From assembly GCF_018977255.1 (NCBI RefSeq), contig NW_024704742.1, positions 138,882,001 to 138,946,000 of the forward strand: a stretch of 64,000 nucleotides of DNA, written 5' to 3'. Below the pieces are notes generated by a model, which ran no database searches, had not been told where the DNA came from, and saw nothing but the letters and a program-made list of their open reading frames with translations. A program made the translations under genes and the position numbers. Origin of the DNA: Callorhinchus milii (lineage: Eukaryota). Shown in pieces: positions 38,261-51,961 of the stretch (position 1 is the stretch's first letter; each line of letters opens with the position of its first letter).

Positions 38261-39784
38261 CTTACCATCCTAGTTAGGGCTCAAACCCATCCTTGATGGA
38301 TGTAAAATGACCAACTAATGACTAACCCGACTTAGTTGGGGGTGGGAGGAGGAGAGGGTGGAAGGTAAGTAGGGTCCCCTTAGGTTTGAACTGGCTCCCT
38401 GGTGTTGATGCTTGGGAACTGAATGTCAGAATCTCTTGAGCGTGTGAGAACCCATCACTATCCAGCTGACCCACCAAAAAGGTAAATACTCCAGCATGGG
38501 CCAAGTGCCACTTTCATTGATGCAATGTGTTTATATCTGTATGCTGGAGTGGGAAAACGCTTGGCCGGTCCCACAACAAGCTCATATCCTCCCCCCGACT
38601 TATTCAGCCAAAAGTGATCTATTATCCCTTTGAGGAGTCCTGAAGTGTAGTGGTTAGAACAAGCGAGAGGACCCAGTTTTAATTCCTGGGCAGGGCGAAA
38701 CGTTGGGCAAGTTTCCTTACTCCAGAAGCCTCTATTTATCCAGCAGTAAGTAGGAACCCGGTTGTTAGTCGATTGGCGGATCACTTTCCCGGGGGTAATA
38801 ATGTTTTCAAAAATATTATAATTTGGCGTTTTTGGCTGAGTTCCCTGGTATTTTTCCAAGGCAAGACTTATCACCTCGGAATCCGGGATTTGGGGCATTA
38901 AAATCCTGAAATCCCAGGATTGAGAAAAAGCACCGGGAATGCAATCCCGATTTACATATGGGGTAGAGGAAGCCTCTCTATTGCATTCCTAATAATAATC
39001 CCTCCAAAACCAAAAACAATAAGAAAAAAATGGTCATTTTCAATCTACGACTGTTTGTGGGACATTGCTGTGCACAATTGGCTGCCGCGTTCACCCACAA
39101 ATATACAGTCAATTCACTTTACAGTGTGTTCTGTGAAGCGCTTTGGGACGTCCTCCCGACGTGAAAAGCGCTATATCAAATGCAAGGATTATTATTATTA
39201 TTATTCCTAGTGGCTAAGAAACATATAGAACTATTTGGACATAGATCTTATATGCCACCATCTTAACCTGGATTGGGATGCTGCTGTCCTTGAAGAGCTT
39301 GACCAGAGTGCCCTTCGCCCTTCTCAGCACGGTCCCTCAGCACAGTGTCCAAGCAAACCTCAAATACTAATCAGAATCGACAATTGGCACTGTTGCCCTT
39401 TGAATCTTTCAATCAATACCCTCGAGATCCCTTCTTGAGCCACCCAGAGCCAACATTCTGCCCTTGGGGAGCACCCAACTTCATATCCCAATGAATGGCT
39501 CAATAATAGTGTGGCAGCCAAGTGGGGAGAGGCTTGGCTCTGACACCCTCTACATTTGGGCGGCCTATCACTCATTGATAGCCACTTGGCTGGGTACCAG
39601 AACAACAAAAGGAGCCAGACCATAGTTGGTTGCAATTTAAAAAAGAAGGATTCCTCCCCCCCTTCTGAAGCTTTCCAGTCTTCATCCATCTGATTCACAC
39701 AAAGCAAATCCCCACCATTCAAATTTAACACTTTAAATTAGGCACTGAATGTGCAACTTGATGCAGAATCAAGCTTGTTAAGTT

Positions 39785-41273
39785 AGTCACCTGGTCTGGA
39801 TGGGATGTACCCTAGGTTACTGAGGGAAGTCAGGGTGGAAATAGCGGAGGCTTTGGCCACAATCTTTCAATCCTCTTTGGACACTGGAGTGGTGCCAGAG
39901 GACTGGAAGATTGCAAATGTTACTCCCCTGTACAAAAAGGGGCAGAAGAATAAACCTGAGAACTACCGGCCAGTGCCTAACATCAGTATTAGGGAAACTT
40001 CTGGAGACTATAATCCGGGACAATATAAATTCTCACTTAGAAAAATATGGTTTAATAAAGGACAGTCAACACAGATTTGTCAAAGGCAGATCGTGTCTGA
40101 CAAACCTAATAGAATGTTTTGATGAAGTGACTGAGAGGGTGGATGAAGGTAGTGCAGTAGACGTGGTTATCTAGATTTTAGAAGCCCACGGTATTCAAGG
40201 GATTGTGGCAACATGGATCCAGAACTGGCTAGGAAACAGAAGGTAGAGAGTGGTAGAGAGTGCTTTTCTGACTGGAGGGAGGGGTGTAGTGGTGTCCCTC
40301 AGGGGTCGGTATTGGGACCACTGCTCTTTCTGATCTATATTAATGATCTGGACCTGGATATACGGAGCACAATTTCCAAATTTGCAGAGAACGCTAAGAT
40401 AGGAAAAGCAGTTAATGGTGAGGAGGATAGTACCAGACTCCAAGAGGACTTAGACAGATGGTAACATGGGCAGATACGTGGCAGATGAGGTTCAATGTGG
40501 AGAAATGTGAAGTGTTGCATTTTGGTAGGAAGAATGAGGAGAGGCAATATAAGCTGATGGTACAATCTTAAAGGGGGCAAATGAACAGAGAGACCTGGGG
40601 GTCCACATCAGCAAATCTCTGAAGGTGGCCGGACAGGTAGATAATAATATCTTCATCAGTAGGGACATAGAGTATAAGAGTAGGGGTTATGCTTAATCTG
40701 TACAAAACACTGGTTAGGCCTCAGCTGGAGTACTGCGTCCAGTTCTGGGCACCGTACCTCAGGAAGGATATTAAGGCACTGGAAAGGGTGCAGAGGAGAT
40801 TCACGAGAATGATACCAGGAATGGGGAACCTTAGCTATGAGGACAGTGGAGAAGTTAGGACTTTTCCCATTAGAGCAGAGGAGGTTACGCGGGGACCTGA
40901 TAGAGGTCTTCAAAATCATGAAAGGTTTCGACAGGCGATAGGGAAAAGCTGTTTCCGCTGGTAGGTGTGTCTGTGACCCGCGGTCACAGTCTGAAGATAT
41001 CTACCAAAAGAAGCAGAGGGGAGGTTAGAAGGAATGTTTTCACTCAGCGAGTAGTTGGGATTTGGAATGATCCGCCTGAAAGGGCAGTGAAGTCCGATTC
41101 GATAACAGCTTTTAAGAGAGAACTGGACAGGTATCGGGGGAAGACGGGTTTGCAGGTTATGGGGAAAAAGCTGGTGAGTGGGGTTAATAAAAGTCAGTTG
41201 CTCTGTCAAAGAGCCGCACAGACTCGATGGGCCGAATGGCCTCCTTCTGTGTCGTAACATTCTATGATTCTAT
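39785..41273 (+). mobile_element. CR1 LINE RT and 3' end
   Basis: [60 protein letters not shown] tail. Confidence 0.9.
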
Positions 41274-41930
41274 GAATAATAATCCTTGTATTTGATATAG
41301 CGCTTTTCATGTCTTCTCGACATCTCAAATCTTTCACAGAATAGACTGTAAAGTGAATTGACCGTATATTTGTGGGCGAAACGCAGCAGCCAATTGCGCA
41401 CAGCAGTGAGTGTCCCACAAACAGTCATGGATTAAAAACGACCAATTTACTATTGTTTTTTTGGGAGCTGTTAAAAAAGCATCCGGGATACTCGGCTTTA
41501 TAAATAGGAACATAGAATTCAAAAGTCCTGAGGTTATGTTGAATATTTATAAAATGCTGATTAGGCCTCAGTTGGAGACTGCGTTCAGTTCTGGGCACCG
41601 CACTTTAGGAAAGATGTTCGGGCATTGGAGAGGGTGCAAAGGAGGTTTACCCGATGGTACCAGGAATGAAGGACCTTAGTTATGAGGAGAGGTTAGAGAA
41701 ACTAGGATTATTCTCCCCGGAGCAGAGAAGATTAAGAGGGGATTTAATAGAGGTTTTCAAGATCATGAGAGGATTTGATAGGTTGAACCGGAAAAACTGT
41801 TTCCACTGGCATGTGGGTCAGTAACCCGAGGACACTGATATAAGTTAGTTCATAGAATCATAGAATCGTACAGCACAAAAAGAGGCCATTCGGCCCATCG
41901 AGTGTGTGCAGCTGCTTGAACAGAGCAATG

Positions 41931-42249
41931 TAATAATAATAATCCTTGCATTTGATATAGCGCTTTTCACGTCGGGAGGACGTCCCAAAGCGCTTCACAG
42001 AACACACTGTAAAGTGAATTGACTGTATATTTGTGGGCGAACGCGGCAGCCAATTGCGCACAGCAATGTCCCACAAACAGTCGTAGATTGAAAATGACCA
42101 ATTTATTATTGTTTTTGGTTTTGGAGGGATTATTATTAGGCTCTGTGTGGAGTAAGGAAACTTGCCCGAGGTTTCGCCCTCTGCCTGGAATTGAACTCAG
42201 GTCTCTCACTTGCAAAGCGAGTGCTCTAACCACTGAGCTACAGGACTCC
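41931..42249 (-). mobile_element. Young-subfamily tRNA-Ala SINE
   Basis: Full head with A/B boxes and TGC anticodon loop. Nearly identical to 11824-12143 and 43749-44072. Confidence 0.9.
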
Positions 42250-43748
42250 ACGTCACTCCCACTCCCGGCCCTTTCCCCATAACCCGCAAATCCGTCTCCT
42301 CAAATACCCGTCACCGCGTTGTTAAAAGTAGTTATGGAATCGGCCTCCACCGCCCTTTCAGGCGATGTTCCAGATTCCCACAACGCGCTGCGTGAAGCAC
42401 TGTCTTCTCCCCTCCCCTCGGCTTCCTTCAGAGACTATTCTCAATCTGTGACCTCGAGTCACCGACACTCCCACCAGTGGGAACAGTTTGTCCCTCTTTA
42501 ACCCATCAAATCCCTTCATGATGTTGAAGACCTCTATTAGGTCCTCGTAACTTTCTCTGCTCCAATGAGAATAATCGCGGCCTCTCCAGCCTTTCCTCAT
42601 CATCACGGTCCCTCATTCCTGGTCCCATCCTCGTAAATCTCCTCTGTACCCTTTCCAATGCCTTAACGTCCTTCCTATAGTGTGGGGCCCAGAACTGGGG
42701 CCGTATTCTAACTGAGGCCTAACCAGTGTTTATATGGGTTAATCATCACCTCCTGACTCTTGTACTCTATGCCCCTATTTATAAAGCCCAGTATCCCATA
42801 TGCCCCTTTACAGCCTTATCTCCCTGTCCTGCCACCTTCAAGGATTCAGTTACCTGCCCCCCCAGGTCTCTCTGTTCCTTCACCCCCCTTAAGATTGTAT
42901 TACCGCCTATATTGCCCCTCATTCTTTCTACCAAAATGCATTACTTCACATTGAAACTCATCTGCCACGTGTCGCCCATTTTACCATCTGTCTATGTCTT
43001 CCTGCAGTCGGCTCCTATCCTTCTCACTGTTTACCCTCTCCCTAACTTTGTGTCGTCCGCAAACTTGGAAATGGTACTTGCTATACCCAAGTCCAGATCA
43101 TTTATGTATATTAAGAAGAGCAGTGGTCCTAATACCGATCCCTGGGGGACACCACTGTACACGTCCCTCCAGTCAGAAAAGCAGCCGTTCACCACAACTC
43201 TCTGCCTCCCAGTGAGTTCTGGATCCGCTGCCACTGTCCCTTTTATACCGTGGGCTTCTATCTTTCTTACAAGTCTTTCATGTGGCACTTTGTCAAATGC
43301 CTTTTGAAAGTCCATATAAACTACATCAACTGCACTACCTTTATCCCCTCTCCGTTACCTCATCGAAAAATTCTATTAGATTTGTTAGACAAGATTTGCC
43401 TTTAACAAATCCGTGTTGTCTGTCCCTAATTAACCCATATTCTTCTAAATGAAGATTTATTCTGTCCCGGATTATAGTCTCCAGGAGTTTCCCCACTACT
43501 GATGTTAGGCTGACTGGCCTGGAGTTCCCAGGTTTGTCCTTCTGTCCCTTTTTGTACAGGAGAGTCACATTGGCCACTCTCCAGTCCTCGGGCACCACTC
43601 CTGTATCCAACGAAGATTGAGAAATTGTGGCCAAAGCCTCCGCTATTTGTACCTGTGCCTCTCATAGTAACCTCGGCTGCATCCCTTCCGGACCGGGCCA
43701 CTTATCTACCTTCAGCCCAGTCAACCTTTTCAGTACTTGGAGTACTTT

Positions 43749-44072
43749 GGAGTCCTGTAGTTCAGTGGTTAGAGCACTCGCTTTGCAAGTGAGAGACCTG
43801 AGTTCAATTCCAGGCAGAGGGCGAAACCTTGGGCAAGTTTCCTTACTCCACACAGAGCCTAATAATAATCCCTCCAAAAAACCAAAAACAATAATTAAAT
43901 TGGTCATTTTCAATCTACGACTGTTTGTGGGACATTGCTGTGCGCAATTGGCTGCCGCGTTTGCCCACAAATATACAGTCAATTCACTTTACAGTGTGTT
44001 CTGTGAAGCGCTTTGGGACGTCCTTCTGACGTGAAAAGCGCTATATCAAATGCAAGGATTATTATTATTATT
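43749..44072 (+). mobile_element. Young-subfamily tRNA-Ala SINE
   Basis: GGAGTCCTGTAGTTCAGTGGTTAGAGCACTCGCTTTGCAAGTGAGAGACCTGAGTTCAATTCC...GCAAGG(ATT)n. Confidence 0.9.
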
Positions 44073-45653
44073 ACTTCCTCTCTGTTTATATTTATCCTAT
44101 CCATTTCCTCTCCCCTCTCCTCCGATACTGCAGCATTTGGTGCATCCACTTCTTTTGTGTTAAAACAAACAGAGGGCAGGTTAGGAGAAAATGTTTCACC
44201 CAACGAGGTGTTGGGATCTGGAATGCATTACCTGAAAGGGAAGTGGAAGCCGATTCAAGAACAACTTTTAAAAGAGTAGATGGGTATTGGGGAGGACAGG
44301 ATTGCAGGGCTATGGGGAGAAAACGGGCCAGTGGGATTGAGTTGGATTGCTGTTTTCGGAGCCAGCACAGACACGACAGGCCGAATGGCCTCTTTCTGTG
44401 CTGTATGATTCTATGACTTGGTTCTCTAATCACTGTCACTGACAAGATTCAAGACATTATCCAGTGAAGCAAGACAAGTTTGGTTCCACAATACACATTA
44501 ATAATAATAACCCTTGCATTTGATATGGCATCTTATCACATCGTCGAAAAGTCTCAAAGCGCTTCACAGAAATATACTGTTAAGTGAATTGATCGTATAC
44601 TTTGTGGGCGAAATGCTGCAGCCAACTGAGCACAGTAGTGTCCCACAAACAGTCGTGGATTGATTGACCAAATTATTATTATTATTATTTATTTTGTTTG
44701 AAGGGATTATTACCCTGATCCACCAATCGACCAGGTTCCACTTACTGCTAGGTAAACAGAGGAGTGTGAAGTAAGGAAACTTGCCCAGTGTTTGCTCGGG
44801 AATCGAACTCAGGTCCTCTCGCTTGTGAGGTGATTGTTCAAACCACTAAACTGCAGTTTACTCATGATTCAGAATCAAGTTTGCAAATGAGTCCACATTT
44901 GGTTCTCTCATCACTGTCAGGACAAGATTCCAAACATTATCCAGATCAGCAACACACGTTTGGCTCCACACCATATTATGTCGATTCAGGACTGGGAACT
45001 GCTGGATTATGGATTTACAGAACAGAAATGGGCCAACTGCCCAACAAGTGTGCGCTGTATTTTTCTTCATATGAGCTTATCTAATCTCACTATACTGCTT
45101 GCTCCTCACACCGTTAATATTCCTGCTCTTCAATAATCAGTACATTTCCCTTTTGCAAGAACTACTGGACTCTGCATCAACTTCAATTTGTGGAAAATAA
45201 TTTCAAATACACGTTCTGCATAATAATAATCCTTGCACTTGATACAGCACTTTATCACATCTTCGAGAAGTTTCAAAGTGCTTCACAGAAGTAAAATGAC
45301 TGTTTTTTTNGTAAGCAAAACGCGACTGACAGCCGATTATACACAGCAGTGTCCCATGAACAGTCGGAGAGTGACAACAACAACTTCCATTTATATAGCG
45401 GTCTTTACGCCAGACGATGTCTTAGAGTGCTTATGGATTGAGTGACCAAATTATTATTATTATTTTTTTACGGGGATTATTAACCCCAGAAAAACAATCC
45501 GCCAGTCAACTAACAACCAGGTTCCTACTTACTACTAGGTAAACAGAGGTAAGGAAATTTGGCTAAGGTTTCACCCTGCTTAGGAATCAAACCCAGGTCC
45601 TCTCACTTGCAAGGCAAGCGCACTAACGACTAAACTACAGGACTCATTAAATC

Positions 45654-45694
<41 letters not shown>

Positions 45695-46659
45695 CCTTGC
45701 ATTTGATATAGCGCTTTTCACGTCGGGAGGACGTCCCAAAGCGCTTCACAGAACACACTGTAAAGTGAATTGACTGTATATTTGTGGGCGAACGCGGCAG
45801 CCAATTGCGCACAGCAATGTCCCACAAACAGTCGTAATGAGGTTTAACACAGAACTCAGTGCCCCCAACAGATTGAAGATTTCTTTTAAAGGAAAACTCA
45901 GCACTATGAAACCTCTCTGAACCCATTGGAGAACACAGATGTGAGAGCAACAAAAAAGATAATGTGCCGTGGATACAAAACACTTCTGCACTTGCAGAAT
46001 TATCTTTGTATTTGATATAGCACCCATAACATCAATATATCTCAATGAGTTTCATAGACAATTGCTGTCAGGAGTAGCAATTATGGAGTCCTGTAACTCA
46101 GTAATTAGAGCACTAGCCTCGCAGGCGAGAGACCTGGGTTTGATTCCCAGCAAGTTTCCTTACTCTACACACCTCTGTTTACCTAGCAGTAAGCAGGAAC
46201 CCGTTTGTTAAGTCAATTGGCTGATCGTTTTTCCCGGTGTAATAATCCCTTAAAAAAAATTGGTCACTTCAATCTACGACTGTTTGTGGGACATTGCCGC
46301 GTTTTGCCCACAAAAAAATATATACTTTACATACAAAGATAATTCTGCAAGTACAGAGGTATTTTGTATCCACAGCACATTATCTTTTCTGTTGCTCTCA
46401 CATCTGTGTTCTCCACAGTCCATTCACACCATTTCGGTGTGATAGAAGCATAAGGTTTGTTTCTGTTCCCTTGTGGTATGGGTTCAGAGAGGTTTCATAG
46501 ATATCACTTTACAGTATATTCTGTAAAGCGCTTTGAGAAGTCTCGAAGACGTGATAAGACACTATATCAAATGCAAAGATTGCCTGAAAAGCTGGTGGAA
46601 GCCGATTCGATAACAACTTTTAAGAGAGAAATAGATAATTATTTGGGGAGAACAAGTTT

Positions 46660-47120
46660 GCAGGGCTATGGGAAGAGAGCAGGGGAGTGGGGTTGATCAG
46701 GGCTGTGGGGAGAGAGCGGGGTTGATCGGGGCTGTGGGGAGAGAGCGGGGTTGATCGGGGCTGTGGGGAGAGAGCGGGGTTGATCGGGGCTATGGGGAGA
46801 GTGCGGGGGAGTGGGGTTGATTAGGGCTATGGGGAGAGAACAGGGGAGTGGGGTTGATCAGGGCTATGGGGAGAGAGCGGGGGAGTGGGGTTGATCAGGG
46901 CTATGGGGGGAGCGCGGGGGAGTGGGGTTGATCAGGGCTATGGGGAGAGCGGGGGGGGGGGGGGTTGATCAGGGCTATGGGGAGAGAGCGGGGGGAGTGG
47001 GGTTGATTAGGGCTATGGGGAGAGCGCGGGGGAGTGGGGTTGATTAGGGCTATGGGGAGAGCGCGGGAGAGTGGGGTTGATCAGAGCTATGGGGAGGGAG
47101 CGGGTGAGTGGGGTTGATTT
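46660..47120. repeat. G-rich minisatellite within a CR1 3' end (46582-47190)
   Basis: CAGGGCTATGGGGAGAGAGCGGGGGAGTGGGGTTGAT units. Confidence 0.9.
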
Positions 47121-48785
47121 GGATAGTTCTTTTAAAAGAGTCGACACAGACACAATGGGTCAAATGTCTTCCTTCTGTGCTGCATGATTATTATTATTAT
47201 GATTATTATTATTAGGCGACTGCAACAGCCAATTGCCACAGATCACATATCTGAATTGATTAGAACATAAGAATTTGCTGACGAAAGAAAACCAAGATCC
47301 ATCTAGTTCGCCTTCCACCAGCCTGGCAGTCGCTTGACATGTCGTGTCCCAACTATATACTGTATTCCCAGATATTATTTTCTTGGAGAAATCTATCTAA
47401 TTTGTTCTTGAAACAAACAACACTTTCTGCTTCCAGGATCTCCCTAGGGAGCCTGTTCCATAAGTTTACTACTCGCTTACTGAAGTAGTGTTTCCGCAGA
47501 TATGTTCTGAATTAAAACAGCTTATCAGGGTCTACGTTATCCCAGTCCCTTCAGAATCTTAAAGACGATATCACCCCTCAACATTCTCTTCTCCAGTGTG
47601 AACATGCCCAGTTTGCCTAATCGCTCCTCGAAGTCCAGTTCCTCCATCCCCTCAATCATTTTTCCTCTCCTCTGTATCCTTTCAATCAATGCAATATCCT
47701 TTTTATATTGCAGTGACCAGAACTGCACATTATTTCACTGAATTGAATCACTGCTTGTGTGTAGTGATCCATCAGATCTTTGGGCTTTGTGTTACTGGTC
47801 ACTGATACTCATTTTTGTTAACAGAATCTACACACATCATCACTGAACCTTTTTAGATCCGATTAAAAAACAGCTCACACCTCTCTTCGTCCAGATAGCA
47901 CCAAAGGGCTCATCCTTCTATCAAACCCAAGTGGCCTGAATGGTCGCGAGAGCAACAGAAAACATTGCAAGAATGAGCTGTGGATACAAAAGGTAATTCC
48001 CTGCTACTCACAATTTGCTGTGTTATACAACACTTTGGATGTGCTAGGATAGGTTATAGAAGTCTGTTCTATCAGCTTGTATCAAGTCAAACATAATTTG
48101 CCTCTAAACAGTGTGTGCAAATGAGCACTAGTTCTGCAGCTCTGCACTATACAGAACAAGCCAAGAGCTTTCAGAGAAGCTGGAAAGATGAACCAAGCTG
48201 GGGGCGGGGGCAAGAGAGGGGATGGAGAAAAGGGCACAAACATAAATTTTAAAAAATTTCGAAAAATTTCAAAGAAGCTCACTTCAGATGAAGGAAACAC
48301 TAAGGGTTATATTTAGAGAATTTTACTGAGATTTAATAAATACAATGAACTCGGTAGATTTGAAGCAGTGCATTGAACAACGAATTCCATATTCAGCTGA
48401 ATGCACCTCCAGTGAAAATAGCCCCAACTTCTTAAGTCTCTCCTCACACTGAAACCCCTCATCCCTGGTGACATCCTAGTGAATTTGACAGAATTTGTTA
48501 ATATAAAAATTGGTGCATTCTGTCAAATTCACACCATTTTGGTGTCATAGAAAGTCTGTCCCATCAGTTTGCAGAATGCACCAATCTGACTAGCCACTAA
48601 GAGACCATTGGGAGCATCTCCTCAGTCACGAACGACGACAGCAGCTTCTAACAGCTAATGGGAGTGATACTGAGAACTAGCTCTCCACAATGGATGAGCA
48701 ACGTTTGTGGGTGCCGGGAAGGATGAGTATAACAGATAGGAACAGACTTGCTTTCTTCCATTTACTACTTATGTTAAAATCTCAC

Positions 48786-49391
48786 CTTTATCCTGCACCT
48801 CCTTGGAAAACCGTTCTCTTTCCATGGCAGACTCACGTTCTATCCGTTCAATCTCTGCTAAAGCATCCAATTCTACCTCATTGTACGGCGTCATGGACTG
48901 CTCCTGCTGCTGTTGCTGTGATTGTGTTGGCTTCACTGCTCCGGCCGCAGTGTTCTGCTGTAAAACAGGGACCTGCTGTGCTTGGAGAAAGGCCTGCTCC
49001 TGTTGTGGTTCACACTGAGCAGCAATGTTCATTGAGTCGTGGTTATCATTGGGAGTCCCTGGCTGTTTGGCAGTCTGTTCTGAGAACTGCATATTGTTCA
49101 ATTCTGCCTCGTTCTCTGTATTGCCGTCCATGTTTGGAATTAGATCATCCTGCTGATCGCGAACTCGAGTTAGTCTCAGAGTGAGCTTGGTGCAGCCCTT
49201 AGACGGAGAGCTGACAATATCATACATGGCCGTCTTATCTGCCTGTTCTTTCTCTTCCTTTGTGAGCTTGGCTTTTTTAGTTTTCTTCTTGCTTCCCATC
49301 CTGTCTGGAGAGTCCAGCAGAATATCGGGTGGGGCGTCCCTTGGTGAGGCGTAAGGAGGTGGTGACTGTAAGATCAGAGGCGGTCTGGATG
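48786..49391 (-). CDS. NIPBL: NIPBL coding exon (exon 9 equivalent), 606 nt
   Basis: SRPPLILQS...PPDILLDSP...[29 protein letters not shown]. Acceptor ctgacag, donor G|gtgaga, phase 1-1. Confidence 0.96.
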
Positions 49392-49407
49392 CTGTCAGCA
49401 CAAAAAA

Positions 49408-49778
49408 TAATAATAATAATAATAAGCCTTGCATTTGATATAGCTCCTTATCACGTCTTCGAGACGTCTCAAAGCGCTTCACAGAATATGCTGTAAAGTG
49501 AATTGACTGTATATTTTGTGGGCAAAACGCAGCAGCCAATTGCGCACAACAGTGTCCCACAAACAGTCGTGGATTGAGTGACTAAATTATTATTATTATT
49601 TTTTTTGAAGGGATTATTATCCCCGGAAAAGCGATCCGCCAATCGACTAACAACCGGGTTCCTACTTACTGCTGGTAAACAGAGGCGTGTGGAGTAAGGA
49701 AACTTGCCCAACGTATCGCCCTGCCTGGGAATCAAACCCAGGCCCTCTCGCTTGCAAGGCGAGTGCTCTAACCACTAA
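49408..49778 (-). mobile_element. tRNA-Ala SINE whose tail abuts the exon 9 acceptor
   Basis: Full SINE body. The (TTA)n tail ends about 13 nt before the acceptor AG. Confidence 0.88.
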
Positions 49779-51961
49779 GGCAAAGTTCAGATCTAGTGCA
49801 TGGACTGATGGATTAAGGGTACAAATGCTGCTATAAACAATATATGAAATATTGACATTGAACCGCCCCCATAGATTTAGCAATAAAATTACTAATATAT
49901 TCTAAGGCAGAAGTCTTATAGCTCAAACCAGAGACCCAAAATTCAGCTTCACCCATATAGGGAGTGAGAGTCTGTCTGTCTCAGCATTGTTTCTATCCTG
50001 TAACCATAGAGCTCGGAGCTCACTATGGATTAGCCAAGATGGTGGGAAAGTGTAGAAACTATCCATACAGACACTTGTGGGTTTGGCTATCTAACTGTGT
50101 GCTGGAGACCTCCCTGCAGCCTGCCCTCCTGTCAAGAGACGCATGCGGCAATGTACAGTCCAGAAAGAGAATGCCGGGCAGTCATGTGATCAGCAGCTTT
50201 GGATGAATCAGTTGCATTCTTCATCTCCTGAGAGACAGCCGCACCAAATAAACTCCACAGCCAGAGGAGCAGTGGCAAGACACCTCACCCTACATGATAC
50301 TGGGAAACAGTACACCAATCCTCTCCATGGAAGCAGAAAGAGTGAAAACACACAAGAAAGGGAATTTCTTCTGGCAAGTCTGGCAAGCGAAGAGATGGTT
50401 TGGAGCCCATGTTCCCTGGCACTAGGCTGAAGTGGTGATTAGTTCTCAATTATCATAGTGGAGGGAGAAAATTCCAGATCTGGTCTGAAAAGAGATCTCG
50501 ATAAACACAAAGCCCCAAGCGAGGGTTAGGGATCAAAGGTGACATTTGGCAAATCAATACTGAACACCAGTCTCTCAATGAAGATTAATGACAGACTATT
50601 CCTGTAATACCTCTCATGATAGCCTTCAGGAATGACTTCTGTAATTACAAGGTAAGCTCACATTCTCTCACATCACAGCAGCACTCTACGAGGAGATGTG
50701 GGGTGAGAGTGGAGGGAAATTATTGCACAGTGAAGAGAAAACACTTGCACTGAGTACTGCAGACTGACATTTAAGAATTTATCTACAACTTGTGTTTTAA
50801 ACAGGTGTAACCTTTTTAAACTAACACCTCATGTCCAGATTAGATGTATGATTGTGTTTAAGTGCCTCAGGGACCAAGAATACAAATTATTTCTTAGATG
50901 TTGGTAGAGTAGATATTCAACAGCATTTCACTGGAACACAATGGCCATTTCCTTAACAATTCATTTGCAGAAAATGCTAAGTCTCCAATTTATAATTTCC
51001 ACAAAGGAGCTTTCTGAAGGGACTCCCTAACAAGCGATGGCAATGGAGGTTATTAAATAAACAGGGCCACAGGAAGAGCGGGAAACTAGGATAAGAGCAA
51101 ATAGCTCTAGTGGAGAGCTAACAGCAGTGCAGACAAAATGGTCCAAATAATAATAATAATCCTTCCATGTGATACAGCACCTTATCATGTCTTCTAGACA
51201 CCTCAAAGTGCTTCTCAGATATACTATAAAGTGAATCGACTGTATATTTTGTGGGCGAAACACGGATGCCAAATGCGCACAGCAGTGAGTGTCCCACAAA
51301 GAGTCGTGAATTTAGTGACCAAATTAATATTATTTTTATTTATAATAAATAAAATCATGTATTTAAATAGCCAATTATTGGGTACGGGTCATGACCCAAC
51401 TGTGCAGCGCCTTGGGACGTCCTCCTGACGTGAAAGGCGCTCTATAAATGGAATCTTGTTGTGTGTTGTTGTTGTTGTTATATGTATTATGATTTTATGA
51501 TTTAATCCTGTCAGTCTGAGATTTACTGCTGTATGAGATTGATTGAGTGAGCCACAGGTCTGATTTATAATCTTGCAGTCAGCAATGCAGGTTTAACCCA
51601 TGAGTGTCTGTGGAAGATCTGATCTGAATACATATTTTATGCTTTCTATAACTCTACCAAACCCTATCTGTGGGCAAATATTAAATGAATTATGGATCAG
51701 AATGACTCGCAAGCACTTGAATGGCTTGGTTTCAATGAACTATAATTAGGTCAAAAATAAGCTTTAACGCCAGTGGAATTTTTCTACGTGCCCCCTGCCT
51801 CCCACATAGAGTGCTTCTTTCCCATAAATCAATACTCCAATCCACTGCAGCCCACCCATTAAGCAATGCAATAATCACTGCCCCCCATAAAGCATACACC
51901 AACCCACTGACCCCCATAAAGCAAAACATCAATCCACTGCCCCTCCATAAAGCAATGGCTC

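Larger units (their letters stand above)
41851..44160 (-). mobile_element. CR1 LINE inserted into another CR1 (41465-41850 and 44165-44415) and itself split by two SINEs
   Basis: [12 protein letters not shown]...[17 protein letters not shown] tail at 41851. Confidence 0.9.

Noticed and set aside
43749..43820. tRNA-Ala-like sequence
   Set aside because: It is the head of a SINE, lacks a proper acceptor stem and continues into the SINE body; not a tRNA gene.
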